Below, in pieces: positions 1 to 8,685 of a stretch of 32,729 nucleotides of DNA. Numbering within the stretch: position 1 is the stretch's first letter; each line of letters begins with the position of its first letter. The translations under genes and the position numbers were made by a program. The notes under the pieces were generated by a model. That model was given only the letters and a program-made list of their open reading frames with translations, was not told the DNA's origin and made no database searches. The DNA comes from a virus. Lineage: Duplodnaviria; Caudoviricetes. The stretch lies in the IMG/VR virus record IMGVR_UViG_3300037424_002527, positions 1-32,729 of that record, one strand, 5' to 3'.

Positions 1-8
1 CTAAAGGG

Positions 9-395
9 ATGCAAATAGGAGCATGGACATTTTTAAAGGCATTTCTGAAAAATGGGCCGAACAAAAAGAAAAGGAGGACCGTTTTTTTATGTCAGTGTAC
101 TTGTGGAACCAAAAAAGAATTGCTGCCCTACCTTTTTTTTAAAAAAAGGATGTGGGGATGTAGAAACTGTTGGTTATCTTCACTTCGCACACCATTATTG
201 GAAAGAAAAAGAAAAGAACATGGGGCGCGTTATTTTCCTATCCAAAATAAAAAACAACTCTCCAATGGATGGATCCTCGTAGATTATGAGGGAATAATCC
301 ATCAGCTTCGATCCAACGAACAATTTCAAAGAGTAAGTCTTGCACTAAAAGAAGAAGGGAACGTTAACGTAGAATCACTCCTTGAATTTAAGTGA
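9..395 (+). CDS. Hypothetical protein with CxC...CxxC motif (resembles the N-terminal Zn-binding segment of phage HNH/AP2-type proteins)
   Basis: FLCQCTCG...WGCRNC motif; no HNH catalytic motif visible; may be 5'-truncated by the window edge. Confidence 0.5.
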   Translation: MQIGAWTFLKAFLKNGPNKKKRRTVFLCQCTCGTKKELLPYLFFKKRMWGCRNCWLSSLRTPLLERKRKEHGARYFPIQNKKQLSNGWILVDYEGIIHQLRSNEQFQRVSLALKEEGNVNVESLLEFK

Positions 396-464
396 AATCA
401 AGGAATCCCGCGTAGCCCTTTCCTAATTTCCTAATTTCCGAATTCCCTAGGCATTAAGAAATTA

Positions 465-507
465 GGAAATTGAGAGGGGCGCTAAGCATACACCCCTCTC
501 AATTTCC
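465..507. terminator. Inverted repeat between convergent genes, probable bidirectional terminator
   Basis: GGAAATTGAGAGGGG (465-479) / CCCCTCTCAATTTCC (493-507), perfect 15-bp stem. Confidence 0.6.
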
Positions 508-521
508 GACAGACTACGTAG

Positions 522-830
522 TTATTTCTTTTCAAGTTTGTATGAGTACACCGATTCGCCCCTAAATTGCTCCAGATCAATCGTTTTCAGTTCGGGTATG
601 TCCTTATACCGGATAAGGCCCTTTCGTTCAGTACAACTGAAAATAAACCCTCCGCCCTTAGCGTTCTTACTCTCACTCAGTAGGATTAAGGACCCCTTCA
701 CTTTCTTCTCTGAAATAGATAACGCTCGCAAAGCTTCTTGGATCTTATACAACTCTCGAGCCGTGCTAAGCCATTCCCCATTTCGCTTTACATAATCCCC
801 ATACTTTTCGATACTAATATTTGTAAGCAT
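522..830 (-). CDS. Hypothetical protein resembling the C-terminal helical segment of phage YqaJ-like/Gam-like recombination proteins
   Basis: Coiled-coil followed by RKGLIRYKDIPELKTIDLEQFR; GAGG RBS upstream; family call from recalled motif only. Confidence 0.5.
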   Translation of the reverse strand: MLTNISIEKYGDYVKRNGEWLSTARELYKIQEALRALSISEKKVKGSLILLSESKNAKGGGFIFSCTERKGLIRYKDIPELKTIDLEQFRGESVYSYKLEKK

Positions 831-895
831 ATTTACCTCGTGCTTGCTTTTAATGTTTGAGCGAGCAGTTATTTTAATCCGTAGCTGCTCGTTAT

Positions 896-1195
896 TTATA
901 TGGTCTTATTTAATCCTTTTATATATTCAAAGACGCGATTTGCGTATAAGCGCACGGGTACTGTAGGATTATCTTGCCGTTCTCTTTCTATTTCCTCTAG
1001 AAAATCTACGATGAGCTTCTTCAAAATTTCCTTCATTGAAATTCCTGCAGCCGCACAACAAACCTTCAACTCTTGATGCACATCTGCATCTATCAACACT
1101 ACCCCTGTCTTACGTGGCATCTTTATTCTATCCGCTTCCGGCACTCCTATGGATATGTTAGGTGGGTACGCATTAATCGAAAAGCTTTTTTTCAT
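896..1195 (-). CDS. Ribbon-helix-helix DNA-binding protein (ParG/CopG-like)
   Basis: KTGVVLIDADVHQELKVCCAAAGISMKEILKKLIVDFL fits the RHH pattern; AAGGA RBS. Confidence 0.7.
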   Translation of the reverse strand: MKKSFSINAYPPNISIGVPEADRIKMPRKTGVVLIDADVHQELKVCCAAAGISMKEILKKLIVDFLEEIERERQDNPTVPVRLYANRVFEYIKGLNKTI

Positions 1196-1275
1196 GCATT
1201 TCCTTTCATAATAAAATACGCGTCTTTACGGTAACATTTCATGTTTTTCCTTTATGGTTTTAATGTTATATAACT

Positions 1276-1304
1276 ATATTATTATATATTAATTAACTTG
1301 TCAA
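1276..1304 (-). promoter_or_regulatory. Sigma70-like promoter for the leftward RHH operon
   Basis: TTGACA (1304-1299), 17-bp spacer, TAATAT (1281-1276) in an AT-rich intergenic region. Confidence 0.6.
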
Positions 1305-1336
1305 CAAATATATTTATATATTCGATAGGGAGGGTA

Positions 1337-1366
1337 TTGACTCTCATAAAGAAAGATTCGTAAGAT
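1337..1366 (+). promoter_or_regulatory. Sigma70-like promoter for the terminase operon
   Basis: TTGACT (1337-1342), 18-bp spacer, TAAGAT (1361-1366). Confidence 0.5.
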
Positions 1367-1447
1367 ATGTCATTATTACTACTCAGATGGGGTGGGGGTT
1401 ACTCTCCTTTTCCTGCCACCCCATCAACGAAAGAGGGAAAGAAGACC

Positions 1448-1975
1448 TTGACCAAAAAGAAAACCACCAATCCTACCACGGGCAAGAAAAAAGCCCTTAA
1501 ACCACGCAAATCGTGGAGAGATGAGTATTTAAACTTCGTCTCTTGGACTCTTTACCCTGTTGATAAAGACTACATACGTTCAAAGGCAGAGGCATTCGTT
1601 GAATGGGCACGACTCGCTCGTTCCGAGGATCATAAGGCAAAAAAAAGACTCACCTATGAACGTTGGCTCGAAGAAGTGGGGATTCCCTACAAGACCATGG
1701 AGGGATGGAGTTTAAGGGATCCCTATGTACTCAATTGCTTAGAACTCGGGATGATGATTCTCGGTAACAACCTCGAAGAAGGACTTCTTACAAAAGAATA
1801 CTCAGAAAAAGCAACGATGTTTCAACTCCATAACTATCTGCCCCGATGGAAAAAAATGGAGCGTTATCAAGATGAACGTATAATACGAACACGGGACAAG
1901 GAAGAGAAGAAACCTACGCAGGTGATCTTGAACATGACCGATTACTCTAAGATTGAGACGGGCGAAAAAGAATGA
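1448..1975 (+). CDS. terS: Terminase small subunit (putative)
   Basis: Directly upstream of and ATGA-overlapping the large terminase; helical, basic N-terminus. Likely TTG start at 1448 after GAGGG; the ORF-track start at 1367 overlaps the promoter and leader hairpin. Confidence 0.7.
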   Translation: MTKKKTTNPTTGKKKALKPRKSWRDEYLNFVSWTLYPVDKDYIRSKAEAFVEWARLARSEDHKAKKRLTYERWLEEVGIPYKTMEGWSLRDPYVLNCLELGMMILGNNLEEGLLTKEYSEKATMFQLHNYLPRWKKMERYQDERIIRTRDKEEKKPTQVILNMTDYSKIETGEKE

Positions 1976-3327
1976 TCGACGAAAGGATTGTGACCGTCAC
2001 CTTGGATTCCTTCATACCACGCTCCTATCAAATCCCTGTCCTTTCTGCAATGGATAGGGGGATAAAAAGACTTGTACTCGTTAATCATAGACGAGCGGGG
2101 AAGGATATACTTTCAATCAATATCGTGTGCCGAGAGGCCCTAAAGAGACGTGGACTTTATCTCTATGTGCTCCCAACGCGAGAACAAGCAAAAAACATTA
2201 TCTGGAAAGGTATGACCAAAGAAGGCAAGCCGTTCCTCAGTTATATCCCAGAGGTTCTCATTAAAAAAAAGAACGAACAGGACAAATCCATAGAATTGAT
2301 CAACGGAAGTATCATTCGACTCGCTGGTTCTAATCAGCCAGATGTTCTGCGTGGGGTGAACCCGGTCGCAATTATTTTCTCAGAATTTGCCTATCAACAC
2401 CCCCAGGCATGGCCCACACTTTCACCCGTCCTTAAAGAAAATAAGGGGTGGGCAATCTTTCAATCAACACCATTCGGTGAAAACCATTTCTTTGAGCTGT
2501 ATCAAATAGCAAAGAATGACCCCGAATTCTTTACTCAGTTCCTTACAATAGAAGATACGGATGTGGTAACAAAAGAAGATATACAACGCGACCTTGAAAA
2601 GGGCCTCGAATCACCCGATATGGTTCAACAAGAATATTATTGTTCGTTTTCTGAAGGGGCGCGCGGTTCCTATTATGTTACCTATATAAATGAACTCTAT
2701 CTGAAAGAACAGATAGGAACCATTCCTTGGGATAAAGGGAAAGCCGTCCACGTAGCCGCCGATTTAGGCGTCAACGATCAGACCGTTTTATTGTTCTTTC
2801 AGATAGAGGGTAGAAAGATTCATATCATTGACCTTTACGCAAACTCAAATGCAGGAATAGAACATTATGCTCATTACCTACAAACATTACCCTACAAGAT
2901 TGGTAAGTTAATCTTACCGCATGATGTGACGCATCGGGATTCGGTCACCGCTCATACAAGATTACAAAAGTTTAAAGAATTAGGATTTGATTGCGTGGTC
3001 ACGGAACGGGATCATCTTATAATTGATGGTATTGAAAATGTACGATCACAATTCAATCGTTTTTGGATAGATGAAGTAAAATGTAGACAGCTCATAAAGG
3101 CTCTTCGTGATTATCGTAAAGAGTATAACGAGAAGACAAAGCAGTATAATAATCACCCACTCCACGACTGGTGTTCTGATTATACGGATGCATTACGATA
3201 TCTTGTGAAGGGTTTACCAAGACTTGGCGCAGGTATGACGGAGGATGATGTGATTTCACTTAGGCGCAGATCGATTAAAGAAGACAGAGAGAATTCGAAT
3301 TCTACGCCTGGCAGAGGGGGTTGGTGA
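1972..3327 (+). CDS. terL: Terminase large subunit
   Basis: Walker A HRRAGKD, Walker B IIFSEFA, motif III STPFG, nuclease motifs DLGVND, LPHD and HDWCSDYTDALRY. Confidence 0.95.
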   Translation: MIDERIVTVTLDSFIPRSYQIPVLSAMDRGIKRLVLVNHRRAGKDILSINIVCREALKRRGLYLYVLPTREQAKNIIWKGMTKEGKPFLSYIPEVLIKKKNEQDKSIELINGSIIRLAGSNQPDVLRGVNPVAIIFSEFAYQHPQAWPTLSPVLKENKGWAIFQSTPFGENHFFELYQIAKNDPEFFTQFLTIEDTDVVTKEDIQRDLEKGLESPDMVQQEYYCSFSEGARGSYYVTYINELYLKEQIGTIPWDKGKAVHVAADLGVNDQTVLLFFQIEGRKIHIIDLYANSNAGIEHYAHYLQTLPYKIGKLILPHDVTHRDSVTAHTRLQKFKELGFDCVVTERDHLIIDGIENVRSQFNRFWIDEVKCRQLIKALRDYRKEYNEKTKQYNNHPLHDWCSDYTDALRYLVKGLPRLGAGMTEDDVISLRRRSIKEDRENSNSTPGRGGW

Positions 3328-3346
3328 AACTGTTTTCTTCTTTCTA

Positions 3347-3375
3347 TTGCATGATTGCATAGAGCTTTCTAAAAT
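3347..3375 (+). promoter_or_regulatory. Sigma70-like promoter upstream of the portal gene
   Basis: TTGCAT (3347-3352), 17-bp spacer, TAAAAT (3370-3375). Confidence 0.5.
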
Positions 3376-3475
3376 GAGCCTGAAATTTGATGTAATCTTT
3401 TCCTCCTACGCTCTCTGCCTGTGGACAAGACCTCTGTGACACAGGCGGGGAGCTATGGCGGATATTAAATAAGAA

Positions 3476-5527
3476 GTGTTCTCTATGTCGGTTTATGATA
3501 AAGGTGCACGATCATGGCAAGATTCGCAGGGTGATAAGGACCTGATTTCTTATATGGAAGAGTGCGCAGAAACTCATTTCGGCCCCAATCTTACCTTTCA
3601 GTACCAGGCAAACCTAGATGTGCGTTTTTATGTTGGCGATCAAAGAGTGTGGCGCGAAGTCTACGGTCAAGAAATGTCGCCGTCATCATACAATCTTAAC
3701 TTCAATCTTCTCAGGCGTTATGTAGAATGGCCAGTAGGATATCAACGTCAGAATCGTAAAACGATTATAGCCACACCTATAGAAGGTTCAGATCAAAAAA
3801 CAGCAGATCAGTTCACGAAGGTTTTATTTCATATTAACCAAGACGATTCGGTAGATGAGACTATATCAACCGCATTTCTCTCATCGGCAATATCCGGCAT
3901 TTCATTTTTAAGGTCATGGTTAGACTATTCAAGAGATCCCCTCTCGGGTGACCTACGAATTTCAAATGTTCCCTATAATGCACTTATTTTTGATTCTTAT
4001 TTCCAAAAACCAGACGCTTCTGACTGCTCCTTCATGTGGCAGCGTTCATACGTAGATTCAAAGCAACTCGCCCTTTTATTGCCTTCATATAAAGATAAGT
4101 TGGATGATTTGGGACTAAATCTTCATAAGAGATATAAAGGAAACATGGCGTTTGATGGTAAATTTCAGTTCATGCCTGAATCCATTTTTTATGCAAGGGC
4201 AGGAAAGGGGGTGATCTATGATGAATTCTTTTATAAAGATCTGCGGCAGGGTATTTTTCTTTATGACCCAAAAACACTGAAACAAATAGAATGGGTGGGA
4301 GAGCGAGATAAATTACGTGACTATCTATCTTATTATAATTCTTTGCCCGGTGTAGAGTTAAAGGTTTTAGAACAAGAAGTATCTACCGTAAAGCAAGCCG
4401 TAGTGGTAAATGGCCATATCATCTACCATGGTGGTAATACGATGGGTATAGATGAATATCAACATGTACCGGTACTTGCGTACTATACCCCTGAATCAAA
4501 TTCATTAGACTATAGATTACAGGGACTTATTCGGGGAATGCGTGATGCTCAGTTTGTCTATAACCAAACAACAACGGATATTCTGCGTGTGATAAAATCA
4601 CAACCCAATTCTGGTTGGATCGCAAAAGAAAACGCAGTGGTCAATCCTACCTCTTTATGGAAAACGGGGCCCGGACAAGTAATATTTACCACCGAGAATG
4701 CGCAGCCGGGCGATGTTCAAAAAATGCCACCCGGACAGATGCAGCCAGGCATGTTTGAGATATCACAAGAGATGAAAAAATTGCCCCAAGATATCTCTGG
4801 TGTTCCTGAAGAACTTATGGGGGCGGCAAATGATGATGTTTCTGGCATTTTAGCTAAATTGCGTCAGGGAGCAGGGCTTATTCTTTTGCGTCGTCTCTTC
4901 GATCAGCTCGATACGTCAATGCGCATTCTTGGGAAGATACTTATCAAAGCTATACAGGCAAAATATACACCAGGTAAGATTCATCGTATTCTGAATGAAG
5001 ATCCATCTCCTGAATTTAGAGATCGTGATTTCGGTACGTATGACGTAGCCATTGAAGAGGGATTCAATACCTCTACACAGCGCCAACTTGCTTTTGCGCA
5101 GGCAATGCAACTTAAAGAAATTATTCCTAACTTTCCTGACAAGTTCGTTATTAAGCATGCAACTATCCAGGATAAAGATGAGATACTTGAGGAAATGGAT
5201 GCACAGGCTCAGCAGTTGGCTCAACAACAGAAAATGCAATCAGAACAACAGGCCCAAGAACAAGAAGCAACTATAAAGATGGCAGTTGCTCAAGCGCGTT
5301 ATCAAGAGGCTGGCGCCACCGAGCGCATGTCTCGTATTCCAGAAAACATGTCGATGGAAGAAGAGCGAAGAGCCAAGGCGCGTAAAGATGAACAAGAAGC
5401 CCTGCTCAGTAAAATAAAGGCTATTAAAGAACTTGAATCAATTGACTTATCTCATCTAGAAAAATTGATTAGTATAGCGAATAGTGTTACGGAAAAATCT
5501 AAACAGGAATCAGAATTAACATTTTAA
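3476..5527 (+). CDS. Portal protein, P22-like
   Basis: 683 aa after terL; motifs FYVGDQ, GYQRQNR, GLIRGMRDAQ, SGVPEELMG; C-terminal Q/E-rich coiled-coil barrel. Confidence 0.9.
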   Translation: MFSMSVYDKGARSWQDSQGDKDLISYMEECAETHFGPNLTFQYQANLDVRFYVGDQRVWREVYGQEMSPSSYNLNFNLLRRYVEWPVGYQRQNRKTIIATPIEGSDQKTADQFTKVLFHINQDDSVDETISTAFLSSAISGISFLRSWLDYSRDPLSGDLRISNVPYNALIFDSYFQKPDASDCSFMWQRSYVDSKQLALLLPSYKDKLDDLGLNLHKRYKGNMAFDGKFQFMPESIFYARAGKGVIYDEFFYKDLRQGIFLYDPKTLKQIEWVGERDKLRDYLSYYNSLPGVELKVLEQEVSTVKQAVVVNGHIIYHGGNTMGIDEYQHVPVLAYYTPESNSLDYRLQGLIRGMRDAQFVYNQTTTDILRVIKSQPNSGWIAKENAVVNPTSLWKTGPGQVIFTTENAQPGDVQKMPPGQMQPGMFEISQEMKKLPQDISGVPEELMGAANDDVSGILAKLRQGAGLILLRRLFDQLDTSMRILGKILIKAIQAKYTPGKIHRILNEDPSPEFRDRDFGTYDVAIEEGFNTSTQRQLAFAQAMQLKEIIPNFPDKFVIKHATIQDKDEILEEMDAQAQQLAQQQKMQSEQQAQEQEATIKMAVAQARYQEAGATERMSRIPENMSMEEERRAKARKDEQEALLSKIKAIKELESIDLSHLEKLISIANSVTEKSKQESELTF

Positions 5528-5545
5528 CTCAAAAGGGAACACCTT

Positions 5546-5752
5546 ATGGAATACAAGAAAGAAAGTGGTTTTAAAGGTCTTGAAGGTTCAAGATCAGAAC
5601 CGGGTACTTTGCCACAAGAACGTATGTCAATTTCTCTTGGCTCAGTAGAAACTGGCGGTGTGCGTATGGATTCAACGTTCCAAGCAAATGATAGACGCAC
5701 CGCAGAGGGAGCAAGAATAGCTAAATCTGCCTCAGCCAAAAAACCGTACTAA
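5546..5752 (+). CDS. Small hypothetical protein
   Basis: AAGGG RBS; co-oriented in the head operon. Confidence 0.6.
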   Translation: MEYKKESGFKGLEGSRSEPGTLPQERMSISLGSVETGGVRMDSTFQANDRRTAEGARIAKSASAKKPY

Positions 5753-5754
5753 CA

Positions 5755-5946
5755 ATGGCCGGCGGTATTCAATCTGATAAAGCAGCAAGAATCGTACGCG
5801 CTGTTTTAGGTACACCGGTAACAGAACAAAAGGGGGCTGGTATTCCTCGTATAAGGAAACTTGACCCCTACCGCGTTATGAATCCTGATGATCAGGTTCC
5901 TGATGATACAGGGGTAAATCCTCATTGGGGTCGTGGTAATTCTTAA
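5755..5946 (+). CDS. Small hypothetical protein
   Basis: Starts 2 nt after the previous stop; co-oriented. Confidence 0.55.
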   Translation: MAGGIQSDKAARIVRAVLGTPVTEQKGAGIPRIRKLDPYRVMNPDDQVPDDTGVNPHWGRGNS

Positions 5947-5957
5947 AGGAAGCAAAT

Positions 5958-6254
5958 ATGGCAAAGAAAAAAACCAAGATAGCCAAGGGTGTTTCTCTTG
6001 CCCGTGGCACCGTAGAAAAGAAAAGCAAAAAACCTGGGATGTCTTCGTTAGGTAAATGGAAGGATGTTTCTAAGAAGGATTTTGCTGGGCCGGTGGGTAC
6101 TTTTCCTATCCAAGATATAGCACATGCACGCAATGCATTGGCACGAGCACATTTTGCAGCTGATCCCGAGGCTATTAAAAATAAAGTTTATAAAAAGTAT
6201 CCGGAACTGAAAAAGAGAAAGCTAAAAAAAGAGGGTAAGAAAAATAAGAAATAA
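5958..6254 (+). CDS. Small, very basic phage protein (FPIxDxAHARNALAR motif)
   Basis: AAGGA RBS; Lys-rich termini; motif recalled from small phage head-region proteins. Confidence 0.7.
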   Translation: MAKKKTKIAKGVSLARGTVEKKSKKPGMSSLGKWKDVSKKDFAGPVGTFPIQDIAHARNALARAHFAADPEAIKNKVYKKYPELKKRKLKKEGKKNKK

Positions 6255-6263
6255 TGGTAGAAA

Positions 6264-6791
6264 ATGACAGAATCTAAGAAAGAGTTAGGCGCTCTCGATC
6301 TCACCTCTGATGATCTTGTTGAGACTATGAGGGCTGATTTCTTGCTCAGTGTTGGAAAAACAGAAGATGTTCCTGTTTCAGAAGTTGCGAAAGAACTTTC
6401 TAGTAAATATCTGAAAGCGCTTACCGGGCGTATCGATTATGGCAAGAAGACTTTCCCGGGAAATTTCTTTGTTGAGGTGGTTACGAGAATTGTTCCCCTT
6501 CTTCACCGAACATTGAGAAGAACTCATGTTGCGCGTCTATCATGCCCAACACCAAAACCGGGTCATGAAGTATGGAAGTATGTTAAAAAGGATGATCGCT
6601 ATTATCTTCTATGGTCACTCCCTGTTAAAAAATCATGTGAGGTAATCTATCGAAATAGATTTAATCTCCTTAATGATCCATCATTGAAGAATATTTTAGA
6701 TTATTATGATGGTACATTGCTTCATCGTGCAAAAGTAGAAAATAATGAACCCTTAGATGATAAAGAAAACTATAGGATAGTATTTGATTAA
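6264..6791 (+). CDS. Hypothetical phage protein
   Basis: 175-aa ORF overlapping the next gene in the head operon. Confidence 0.75.
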   Translation: MTESKKELGALDLTSDDLVETMRADFLLSVGKTEDVPVSEVAKELSSKYLKALTGRIDYGKKTFPGNFFVEVVTRIVPLLHRTLRRTHVARLSCPTPKPGHEVWKYVKKDDRYYLLWSLPVKKSCEVIYRNRFNLLNDPSLKNILDYYDGTLLHRAKVENNEPLDDKENYRIVFD

Positions 6792-7485
6792 CGAGAATTT
6801 GAACGAGCCAAAGAATTCAGTAGAAACGAAAGAAAAATCATCCGCTGATTCATCTAAGGATACGGTTGATCAAAATCAGCCACCTCAAGAAACTATTGCA
6901 GAAAAAAGTTTCCGAGAAATGCGTGAACGACAAAAGAGAGATGAAGAGGAAAAGGAGACTCTGCGAAAAGAAGTTTTATTTCTTCGTAAACAATCAGAGG
7001 AACAACAGAAGAAATCCGGCCGTCCTGATATAAATTCTCTTTCTGAAGACGATCTTATTGAAGCTGGCCATGTTCGTCCTGAATTAGAAATGCTTCGTAA
7101 GGAGGCGGTTCTCAATTACATGTATCGAACTCATAAAGATTTCGGAGATGTTTTAACCATAGATAATATTAAAAAGTTAGAATCATTAGATCCTGCCCTA
7201 TCAAAAATGATAGAGAACCATCCTAATAAGATGGAACAGTATGAGACTACCTATAATGCCATTAAACGTTATGGTATTCACAAGCCACTTGAAGAAGTTC
7301 GTACTGATGAACGCATCACCGATAATCTTTCAAAGCCAAAACCAAGTAATGCGGTTCTTCAGTCACGGTCACCTCTTTCCCAGGCTTCTACCTGGGGAAA
7401 TTCTGCACCAACCGAACAACAAAAAAGAGAACACTGGCAATGGGCACAAGAGCAGATTAAGAATCTCAGCAAAAAGAGTAACTGA
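6784..7485 (+). CDS. Capsid scaffolding protein (putative)
   Basis: Position just before the capsid gene; disordered acidic N-terminus and charged coiled-coil. Confidence 0.7.
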   Translation: MINENLNEPKNSVETKEKSSADSSKDTVDQNQPPQETIAEKSFREMRERQKRDEEEKETLRKEVLFLRKQSEEQQKKSGRPDINSLSEDDLIEAGHVRPELEMLRKEAVLNYMYRTHKDFGDVLTIDNIKKLESLDPALSKMIENHPNKMEQYETTYNAIKRYGIHKPLEEVRTDERITDNLSKPKPSNAVLQSRSPLSQASTWGNSAPTEQQKREHWQWAQEQIKNLSKKSN

Positions 7486-7488
7486 CTC

Positions 7489-7517
7489 TTGAAATTCATT
7501 TTCACTCTTAGTAGAGT
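7489..7517 (+). promoter_or_regulatory. Sigma70-like promoter of the capsid gene
   Basis: TTGAAA (7489-7494), 17-bp spacer, TAGAGT (7512-7517); the predicted start near 7524 coincides with the first structured leader unit. Confidence 0.55.
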
Positions 7518-7523
7518 AACGCC

Positions 7524-7684
7524 CAGATGTATAACACAGATCATTTTCATCGAATGATCGACTCATCAGATGTAAAAACTAATACGATTTGTTTCATCTG
7601 AGCGAATCAAGAGGACGTAAAAGCAAGTGCAAGAACCCGTCCTGGCTTGATTAAATAAACAGATGACTTCTCGGTCATCTTGTT
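7524..7684 (+). ncRNA. Structured 5' leader RNA of the capsid gene (three pseudoknot-like units plus a hairpin)
   Basis: Repeated GAYGTA, A-rich linker, then a hairpin whose loop CRTC is complementary to GAYG; final hairpin AGATGAC/GTCATCT 7661-7680. Confidence 0.55.
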
Positions 7685-7717
7685 AACCTATTTTTTAATT
7701 ACGTTAAGGATATATCT

Positions 7718-8674
7718 ATGGCATATGGATATACTGGGCCCGGAACACTAGATCCACAGGTGTTACAAATGGCGGAGCGAACTCTGCTTTCAACGCCGAC
7801 ACCACAATATATTTATTCAACAGGCGCCCTTAAACAAGAACATGAAGTTAGAAATGGTACGACTATTGTCTATCGTCGTATGAATCTTTTAGATTCGTTT
7901 CCTATTCCATTACCAACTGATGGCAGTACGAAACCTCCTGTAAAACTTACGGGTACTGATATAAGTGCTGAAGTAAAACGGTATGGTGACTGGATACAGC
8001 TTGATGAAGAAACGGTTATGTTCAATGAAATTGCTGCTGTTCAAGCTGGTGCCGCACAACTTGGTAATGCAATGCGCAAAACCGAGGATCAACTTTTATC
8101 GGCACTTCTTTCCTCCTGTGCCTCGAATATTGATGCAACAAAGGGTGGAAATGGCGACGTTCCTACTGAATTTAATACTGATGATAATGATCTTATTACC
8201 ACGATGCTGGTGAATGCTAATGGGCATATGTTTTTAGATCAAATAGATGCAACTGAAAAATTCGGTACCTCGGCAATTCGTCCCGGATTCCTTGTTATGA
8301 GCAATTCTTCTCTTATCCCCGATTTGGAACGTGCAGATGACTTTATTCCCGTAAGTTCCTATGCAAGCTATGGAAAAGTACTCAATGGTGAATGGGGTGC
8401 GGTAAATAATGCTCGACATACTGTTTCTACACTTGGAAAGACTAACGCCAACGCTTCAGCAAATGGAGCCACGGTATACGAAATGGCATATGTTGCAAAA
8501 GAAGCATATGGCATGATTGATCAAGTTGCAGGAGCAGAACGGCTTATTTACCATCCAGCATGGTTGAGTGACCCTCTTGAAACAAGTGTATCAATCGGGG
8601 TAAAGTTCTATCAGGGTCAAGCATTATTCAATGATGCACTCTGCGCTATCCTTAAAGTAACTTTGAACACATAA
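7718..8674 (+). CDS. Major capsid protein, N4-gp56-like
   Basis: 318 aa; NGTTIVYRR, RYGDWIQL, NGEWGAVNNAR, SDPLE motifs typical of this HK97-fold family; AAGGA RBS. Confidence 0.88.
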   Translation: MAYGYTGPGTLDPQVLQMAERTLLSTPTPQYIYSTGALKQEHEVRNGTTIVYRRMNLLDSFPIPLPTDGSTKPPVKLTGTDISAEVKRYGDWIQLDEETVMFNEIAAVQAGAAQLGNAMRKTEDQLLSALLSSCASNIDATKGGNGDVPTEFNTDDNDLITTMLVNANGHMFLDQIDATEKFGTSAIRPGFLVMSNSSLIPDLERADDFIPVSSYASYGKVLNGEWGAVNNARHTVSTLGKTNANASANGATVYEMAYVAKEAYGMIDQVAGAERLIYHPAWLSDPLETSVSIGVKFYQGQALFNDALCAILKVTLNT

Positions 8675-8685
8675 AGGATTTAATT

